In this document: piece by piece, positions 28,868 to 34,531 of the stretch | Position numbering within the stretch: the first letter of the stretch is position 1 | Layout of the letters: each line of letters starts with the position of its first letter | Source: Methyloceanibacter sp. | GTDB lineage: Bacteria; Pseudomonadota; Alphaproteobacteria; Rhizobiales; Methyloligellaceae | DNA: 34,531 nt | Direction of reading: 5' to 3' | NCBI GenBank assembly: GCA_016649675.1 | Contig: JAENXG010000001.1 | Location: 1 to 34,531, forward strand | Made by a program: the position numbers and the translations under genes | Notes under the pieces: generated by a model | Told to the model about the DNA's origin: nothing | Database searches by the model: none | Seen by the model: only the letters and a program-made list of their open reading frames with translations

Positions 28868-29869
28868 ATGCCGAACAAGACCGCTTTCGTCACGGGTGGC
28901 ACGGGCTTTATCGGTCTCAACCTGATCGAGCTTCTCACCAAATCCGGCTGGGACGTGATTGCGCTGCATCGACCCAACTCCAGGCTGACCGAGCTGCAAA
29001 AATATCCGGTCCACCTTGTTGAAGGCGAGATCGAGGACGCCGCCTCGCTCGAGCGTGCTGTCCCTGAGAATGTCGATGCCGTGTTCCACGTCGCCGGCGA
29101 CGTCAGCCTGTGGTCCGGCCACAAGGAACGGCAATGGCGAACCAATGTCGATGGTACGCGCAACATGGTGGCAACGGCGCTGGCCAAGCGAAGCAGAAAG
29201 TTCGTCCATACCTCGTCGACCGCTGTCTACGGGATTCAATCCGGACCGTTCGACGAGACCTCGCCAAAGCTCGGCAAGGACAGCCTCAATTACCAGAAGT
29301 CGAAGACCATGGCGGAAGAGGAAGTCCAAAAGGGAATTGCTCAGGGATTGGATGCGGTCTTGCTGAATCCCGCCAATGTCATCGGCCGTTATGACTGGAG
29401 CACGTGGTCACAGTTCATACGGCTGGCGGCGAACCGGCAACTCTTTCGGATCCCCCCGGGACGCGCCTGCTATGCCGATGTCGGGGCGGTCGCGCGGGCG
29501 CATCTTGCGGCAGCCGAGAAGGGACGGACCGGGCACAATTATATTCTGGGCGGAACCGAGGCCTCCTATGCCGAGATTGTGCAGTTGGTGGGTCAATTGC
29601 TCGGCCAACCGACCAATGCAAGTGTCGGCCGGTCGCTGGTGTTGCGCCTCGCCGGTCGCGTCGCAGAACGGATTTCAATGATCACCGGGAAAGAGCCGAT
29701 GATATCCGCAGAATCGGCAGCGATCGTTTGTGCAAATATCATCTGCCGAAGCGACAAGGCAGCCCGCGAGCTCGACTATCAGCCCGCATCACTCGAAACC
29801 ATGTTCAGGGACTGCATTGATTGGATGATCGCCGAGGACCTCATCCGCCCACGCACGGTTCGCCACTAG
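28868..29869 (+). CDS. Extended SDR, NAD(P)-dependent epimerase/dehydratase (dihydroflavonol reductase/HpnA-like)
   Basis: TGGTGFIG, FHVAG, NVDGT, HTSS and catalytic YQKSK. Confidence 0.9.
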   Translation: MPNKTAFVTGGTGFIGLNLIELLTKSGWDVIALHRPNSRLTELQKYPVHLVEGEIEDAASLERAVPENVDAVFHVAGDVSLWSGHKERQWRTNVDGTRNMVATALAKRSRKFVHTSSTAVYGIQSGPFDETSPKLGKDSLNYQKSKTMAEEEVQKGIAQGLDAVLLNPANVIGRYDWSTWSQFIRLAANRQLFRIPPGRACYADVGAVARAHLAAAEKGRTGHNYILGGTEASYAEIVQLVGQLLGQPTNASVGRSLVLRLAGRVAERISMITGKEPMISAESAAIVCANIICRSDKAARELDYQPASLETMFRDCIDWMIAEDLIRPRTVRH

Positions 29870-30696
29870 GTTCTGTCGGGCTTCGGTGCCGCGCCGGCGC
29901 GACGGGAAATGGAAAATCGGCTGAATATTCGGCTCATGACCCGGTCATACATGCGCGGTGGCATGAGCCGGCTCAAGCGAACGCTCAAGCCGAGCGACCG
30001 TGGCAAATAGATGTAGGACGACCTTCGCTCGATACCCTTCATTATCGTCGCAGCGGCAGCGTTCGCCGTGAGCGCCTTCCCGCGAGACATGTCCGCCCCC
30101 ATAATTCCATTAATCTCATCGAGCAAAGGGGTTTGCACATAGCCTGGGAATACCGTCGTCACGGTGATACCCCGCTGCCTGAGCTCGGATCGAAGGCTTT
30201 CCAGATAAGCCCCGACCGCGGCCTTGCTCGCGGAATACGCCGATTCGAACGGTATCCCGCGCACGCCTGCCATGCTTGAGATGCCAGCGATGTGGCCGCT
30301 CTTGCGCTCCAGCATCGATGGGAGGACGGCATCGATCATGTAAACCGTGCCCAGAAAATTGATCTGCAGGATCTCCTCCAGTTCGGAAACCTTGAGATCA
30401 TCGACCGTCGAGGCGCGACAGATTCCGGCACAGGGGATCAGAATATCAGGCGCCCCAAGAGCGCCGGCGATCTGACGAACCGCATCCTGTACCTGCTCAC
30501 GCTGGCGGACATCGGCCGCAGCCGCCGCACACGGCACTCCGGCCTGGCGCAGTTCATCCGCAAACTCCTCCATTTTGCTTTTCTCGCGGTCAACCAGGCC
30601 AACTCTGGCTCCACGCCCAGCAAACAATCGGCATAGTTCCTGCCCGATACCGCTGGCCGCCCCCGTTATAAGTACGACCTGCCCGGTGGATCGCAT
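29866..30696 (-). CDS. Classical short-chain dehydrogenase/reductase
   Basis: TGAASGIG, INFLG, ISS, YSASK and FPGYVQT; shares the CTAG stop overlap with the convergent gene. Confidence 0.92.
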   Translation of the reverse strand: MRSTGQVVLITGAASGIGQELCRLFAGRGARVGLVDREKSKMEEFADELRQAGVPCAAAAADVRQREQVQDAVRQIAGALGAPDILIPCAGICRASTVDDLKVSELEEILQINFLGTVYMIDAVLPSMLERKSGHIAGISSMAGVRGIPFESAYSASKAAVGAYLESLRSELRQRGITVTTVFPGYVQTPLLDEINGIMGADMSRGKALTANAAAATIMKGIERRSSYIYLPRSLGLSVRLSRLMPPRMYDRVMSRIFSRFSISRRAGAAPKPDRT

Positions 30697-30851
30697 AAAT
30701 GAATTCCTCTCAGATCGGTTGGCGTAGCTGCAATATGGGGCAGCAGCTAACCTAAAGCTTGCGGACCGTCAGCCGGAGTTCGGCCACCCTCTCCATGCTA
30801 AGCTTCTCCGCGCACCAGTCATGGATACTTTGGCCGAGATGGAGGCCCCAA

Positions 30852-31328
30852 ATGTTGCAGCGCCTTGCTCTTGCGTGCGTGACGGCAATAGTTCTTGGGT
30901 CAAGTCCCAGCTTGGCGCAGTCGCCATCGCCAAATGGTGTCATAACGCTCGATCCTCCTGGTGCCATCAAGGCTGAGGGCACCTGGAGTCTCGGCGCCAG
31001 GGCCGGTGACTTCGTCTTCGTCGCCGGCATGCAAGGCGTCGATCCGGCAACCAACACATTGGTGCAGGACCCGCAAGCCCGCGTTCTTCGTGCCTTCCTC
31101 AATATCAAGTTGATTGCTCAGTCGGAGGGCGCGAGCTTGCAGGATTGCGTACGGCTCACGGTTTACGTCAGTGACCTCCACCGTTTCGCACCCATGGTGG
31201 ACAAGGCGCAAGCCGAGCTGTGGGGCAAGCCGCCTTATCCACCCCGAACGATGGTCGAGGTCCAGCGCCTGTTTGACCACGATATCGTCGAGATCGACAG
31301 CGTCTTTTACGCCCCAAAGAAGAAGTAA
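30852..31328 (+). CDS. Rid (YjgF/RidA) family protein with predicted signal peptide
   Basis: GGAGG RBS; MLQRLALACVTAIVLGSSPSLA|Q leader; GDFVFVAG, VRLTVYV, YPPRT and VEID motifs. Confidence 0.88.
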   Translation: MLQRLALACVTAIVLGSSPSLAQSPSPNGVITLDPPGAIKAEGTWSLGARAGDFVFVAGMQGVDPATNTLVQDPQARVLRAFLNIKLIAQSEGASLQDCVRLTVYVSDLHRFAPMVDKAQAELWGKPPYPPRTMVEVQRLFDHDIVEIDSVFYAPKKK

Positions 31329-31365
31329 GTCCGCCCTGCCCTCGCCGCCATGCAGGCGCCGGCCG

Positions 31366-31440
31366 TTAATCGCCGAGGAAGCCGCCGAGCGAGCCCACGA
31401 TGTCGTAGCCTGAGGTGCGGCCCGCAGGCGCTGCGACCAT
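31366..31440 (-). pseudogene. Detached homolog of the L,D-transpeptidase C-terminal tail (remnant or 24-aa small ORF)
   Basis: Reads MVAAPAGRTSGYDIVGSLGGFLGD*, versus ...RSHNDIAGSLGGFAGD* at the end of the 31818-33533 gene. Confidence 0.65.
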
Positions 31441-31585
31441 TGGCCCGCCTCACGACGCCTCATGAGAACCCCCCTTAGGCGGACGAGGTGGTTGAGCATA
31501 AACGCGCTCTCGCGCGCCGGGACATGTTCAGCTTGGCGGACGGGCGATACAGCTTAGCACCGAGTTGACGATGTGCATTTTATTT

Positions 31586-31758
31586 ATTGAGCAATTCAGG
31601 CCGATCGTCGCCATCGAGATCATCGATGAGCAACTTGCGCGCTTCGGCGTCGCGAGGGACGAGATCTTCCCTTCTTCTCTGATCGCCAATACACCATGAA
31701 GCCGCTGCGAGAGTCCGAGAGCCTGTCGGACCCGCGCGTCGACGCGATCTGCCTGCCT
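31586..31758 (+). pseudogene. Frameshifted C-terminal fragment of an FkbM-like methyltransferase
   Basis: IEQFRPIVAIEIIDEQLARFGVARDEIF, one-base slip, then FFSDRQYTMKPL...RVDAICLP. The I..FRP...IE and GY-like pattern recalls FkbM C-termini. Confidence 0.5.
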
Positions 31759-31817
31759 CTATACTATCAAGAATTGAAGCGTTGGGGTTCGGCGCGCAGG
31801 TTTACGGCGAGCCCTCA

Positions 31818-33533
31818 CTAGTCGCCGGCGAAGCCTCCCAGCGAGCCGGCAATGTCGTTGTGGCTCCTGGCGGCGCGCTGCACGGGGGCCGAGGCCGACG
31901 CCGACGCCTCCTCCTCTTGCTGCTGCTTTGTGGTGTCCGGCGGCGGCAGCGGAAATCCGGTGGCGTTGCCGAACAGCGCGGTGGCGAGCTTCCGGTCGAA
32001 GCCATAGAGGTCGGGGAAGGTCGCGACCTTGCCCGTCTCGTCCACCACCGCCGTGAAATAGGTCATATGCACCGGAACTCTATGCTCGAGCCCGACCGAC
32101 TTGTTGACGGCGGTGTCCCACAGCTCCTTGACCTGGCTTGCCTGCCATCCCTTGTCTTCGGCCAGAAGGACGTCGGCGAAGCGTTCGGGCTTCTCCATGC
32201 GCACGCAGTCATGCCCGATCGCGCGCACCAGCTTTTGGAAGTACTTTTTCCGATACGCGAGCGTGTCGTGCATGTAGACGGTGTGCCGGTTGGGGAAGAG
32301 GAATTTCACCTTGCCGAGAACGTTTTCGGGCCCCGCCTTCTGGGTGAAGGTGAAAGCGCGGATATCGACGCGGCCCCAGTCCACGGCGCTCGGGTCCACC
32401 GGCTTGCCGTTGTAGCTCACCGAGAGCTTGTGAATCTTGAGGATCGAGTAGTTTCCATCGCGCAAGGGCGGTAGCAAATTCTCCGTGAGCACCGTCTCGG
32501 GCGCGTTCCAATCCGGATTGAAGACGATGGTCGTCAGGTCGGCGGAGAATACCGGCGTGGCGTAATTGAGCGTGCCGACGAGGGTTCTGTCGGCGTAGAT
32601 CGTCTTCCCATCCTTAACCACGTAGAGCATGAACTCCGGCGAGTTGTTCCAGACATAGAGCCGGCCCAAGTCCTCCGGCATCCAGCGCCAGCGTTCCATG
32701 TTGAGGATGATCCGTGCGATCTCCACCGTGCTGGCGGGTTTGCCGCTCGCATCGTCACTCCCGCGGGCCTTCAGCAGCGCCTGGCGCAGGCGCACGAACT
32801 GCTCGTGCTTGGGATGGAGCGACTGAAGATAGGCATCGGGCGCGTCCGACGCCGCGATCTCGGTCAAGACAGTCTTCGGTTCGCGCAAGGGAGGCGTTTG
32901 ATCGAGCTTGTCGCTGAGACCTAGCGGGTTCACGCGTCCTCCACGCGCAAAGCGGGCATATTTCAGAATGGCGAGATTGAGCTTGATCTCGGCGTCGGCT
33001 TCCGCCTCCGGGCTTGCCGGCAGCGCGTCCGCGAGCGGCAAATCGAAGGCAGCTTGGTCGAGCCCCCAATCGTCGGCCTTACCGATCTCGAAGATCGCCT
33101 CCTGCCCCTTGGCCGTGAACCCCATGTCGGTGATCCACACCGGTCCGCTTAGCCCCCCGTAGAAGACCGCGAGCGCAGCGAGATCGTCCGCATTGGCACC
33201 CTTGCGCGGGGCGGGGTCGGCAAGCTTCGTATGAATAATCGCCATAACCGGGTCGGTCGGCGACTTTGGCGCCGTTCCGGATGCAAGCGGCGGCTGGTCG
33301 GCGGGCGCTGCCAAAGGTTCGGGCGAGGCCGGCGCAGGGGATGGTGAAACGGGCTCGGCCGGCGCCGGTTCAGCGACTGGCGCGGGCTCGGGTGCGGGCG
33401 TTGGCGGCTGCAACGTGGGCGTCAGCGACGGTGGCGAAAGACCGGAGTCCTGCGCTCGCGCCGGCAGGACGGCCGCCAAAGCCAAAGCCTGAGCCGTGCA
33501 TAGAAGGACGGCGACTAGGTAGCGCCCATGCAT
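31818..33533 (-). CDS. L,D-transpeptidase, YcbB/LdtD-like (scaffold plus YkuD domain)
   Basis: Signal peptide, Pro-rich linker, scaffold domain, NMERWRW, FNPDW, NVLGKVKFLFPN and YMHDT...GHDCVR. Confidence 0.9.
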   Translation of the reverse strand: MHGRYLVAVLLCTAQALALAAVLPARAQDSGLSPPSLTPTLQPPTPAPEPAPVAEPAPAEPVSPSPAPASPEPLAAPADQPPLASGTAPKSPTDPVMAIIHTKLADPAPRKGANADDLAALAVFYGGLSGPVWITDMGFTAKGQEAIFEIGKADDWGLDQAAFDLPLADALPASPEAEADAEIKLNLAILKYARFARGGRVNPLGLSDKLDQTPPLREPKTVLTEIAASDAPDAYLQSLHPKHEQFVRLRQALLKARGSDDASGKPASTVEIARIILNMERWRWMPEDLGRLYVWNNSPEFMLYVVKDGKTIYADRTLVGTLNYATPVFSADLTTIVFNPDWNAPETVLTENLLPPLRDGNYSILKIHKLSVSYNGKPVDPSAVDWGRVDIRAFTFTQKAGPENVLGKVKFLFPNRHTVYMHDTLAYRKKYFQKLVRAIGHDCVRMEKPERFADVLLAEDKGWQASQVKELWDTAVNKSVGLEHRVPVHMTYFTAVVDETGKVATFPDLYGFDRKLATALFGNATGFPLPPPDTTKQQQEEEASASASAPVQRAARSHNDIAGSLGGFAGD

Positions 33534-33640
33534 CCCCGAACCCCTCGCGACATGGGCGAAATTAGCGCGAGACTATTCTTTCGGCCACCACGATCTCTCG
33601 CGTATCAGGGCGCTAGGCTGCGGTCAGGCTAGAGGCGGGG

Positions 33641-34042
33641 TCAGGAGCCGCTTTTTTTCGGGGTGGCGTCGGCGTCGATTTCCTTGAGCTTGCTGACGAG
33701 ATCGTTCAGAGACGCCCGACAAAATTGGTGCGCATCGACCTTGTTGGTCTCTTTCATCATCTTGTAAGCGGCATTTTTGTTGGAAGCCGCCTGTTTCAGC
33801 ACGCGATCCTTGTCGATCGACGAGTCTCGATGCATGTAATACGCCTCGATCTTCGCCATGGCATCTTTGGCCGCTTGTACATCTCCCGCCGTCAACTGCG
33901 CCTTGTCGGAGCAATCCTGGACGATTTGATAATCCGCATAGTAGTTCTTCAAATACATTGAAAGCTGCGGCGCGGCATGCGCCGCGAGCGGAAGCAGAAT
34001 TGCGCAACAAGCCAAAAGGAATCGATCAGCCCATCGAAACAT
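33641..34042 (-). CDS. Exported hypothetical protein (133 aa, two mature Cys)
   Basis: Purine-rich AAGGGAAA before ATG 34042; signal ending AAHA|A; helical Lys-rich mature region. Confidence 0.75.
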   Translation of the reverse strand: MFRWADRFLLACCAILLPLAAHAAPQLSMYLKNYYADYQIVQDCSDKAQLTAGDVQAAKDAMAKIEAYYMHRDSSIDKDRVLKQAASNKNAAYKMMKETNKVDAHQFCRASLNDLVSKLKEIDADATPKKSGS

Positions 34043-34311
34043 GTCATTTCCCTTGGAAGGAGCCGAACAGCGCCGGGACGGCGAGCATCGGCGGCAGATT
34101 ACAAAAAATGCAGCGCCTCTCAAGAGCCGCCGTCAGTTTTATTCACTAGCGGGTTCTTGTGTCGGCTTTGAGTCACAAGCATCTCTCTTGTGGGAAGGCT
34201 TGTGACAAAAAAGCAGCAGGCATTTCAGCATCCTTACGATCCACTGCTTCCGCTCGCTTCGCCACGAGTGGCTCATCCCCTCGCGGCTCCCCGCCCGCGA
34301 GGGATGAGGGG

Positions 34312-34531
34312 ATGGCGCGCCGAAGAGTCTGTAGGAACACACTACATACACGTCTTCACCGCAACTTCACCCTCCAACTGATTAGCAGGAGGCTCGATCC
34401 CGAAAACGCCACGGGCTACAACGACCGGGGCAACGTGTATTTGGCCAAGGGTGACCCCGACCGCGCCCTGGCCGACATTAACGCGGCGATTAGGCTCGAT
34501 CCCAAGAACGCCGAATTCCACGACAACTTGG
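34312..34531 (+). CDS. TPR-repeat protein, runs off the window; possibly 5'-truncated
   Basis: From 34390 reads RLDPENATGYNDRGNVYLAKGDPDRALADINAAIRLDPKNAEFHDNL. AGGCTCGATCCC recurs exactly 102 bp (34 aa) apart. The frame is open from ATG 34312. Confidence 0.7.
   Translation, partial: MARRRVCRNTLHTRLHRNFTLQLISRRLDPENATGYNDRGNVYLAKGDPDRALADINAAIRLDPKNAEFHDNL

Noticed and set aside
30752-30825. Minus-strand frame ending EKLSMERVAELRLTVRKL* upstream of the SDR
   Set aside because: Too short, and its parent ORF is antisense to the Rid gene; cannot support it as a gene or remnant.
34172-34212. Hairpin next to an A6 run as a terminator
   Set aside because: The T-run precedes rather than follows the stem on the minus strand, and no gene ends here.
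1-34531. CRISPR array, prophage, rRNA, defence system or intact IS
   Set aside because: No regularly spaced repeats, cas, phage, nuclease or complete transposase genes recognised.

Overview
High-GC alphaproteobacterial chromosome, probably Hyphomicrobiales (inferred from gene content and repeat types). Most of the window is housekeeping: HIT 3' end, clpA-clpS, a phasin with two PhaR-type boxes, a SPOR-domain DD-carboxypeptidase, a VWA/J-domain pair, putA, panC, DUF1489, USP, YdcF, mgtE, tRNA-Leu(GAG), lipB, acyP, an acyl-CoA carboxylase alpha subunit, an RND/MFP pump, a hydrolase and a GST. The most notable element is a three-gene MNIO (DUF692) RiPP cluster of the bufferin type at 12.9-14.9 kb: an exported six-Cys precursor, DUF692 and DUF2063. 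It has no adjacent DoxX or ECF sigma/anti-sigma genes and sits beside an IS3-like scrap. The right third (27.7-34.5 kb) looks accessory. It holds tandem exported YARHG-like paralogs, two convergent SDR enzymes, an apparently exported Rid protein, a variant L,D-transpeptidase with a detached copy of its C-terminal tail, and FkbM-like and TPR fragments. The window also has a polysaccharide deacetylase missing its catalytic core and small palindromic repeats that overlap TAG stop codons. All calls come from reading motifs by eye, with no database searches. I cannot show that any system here is truly undescribed; the best candidates have the highest interest scores.
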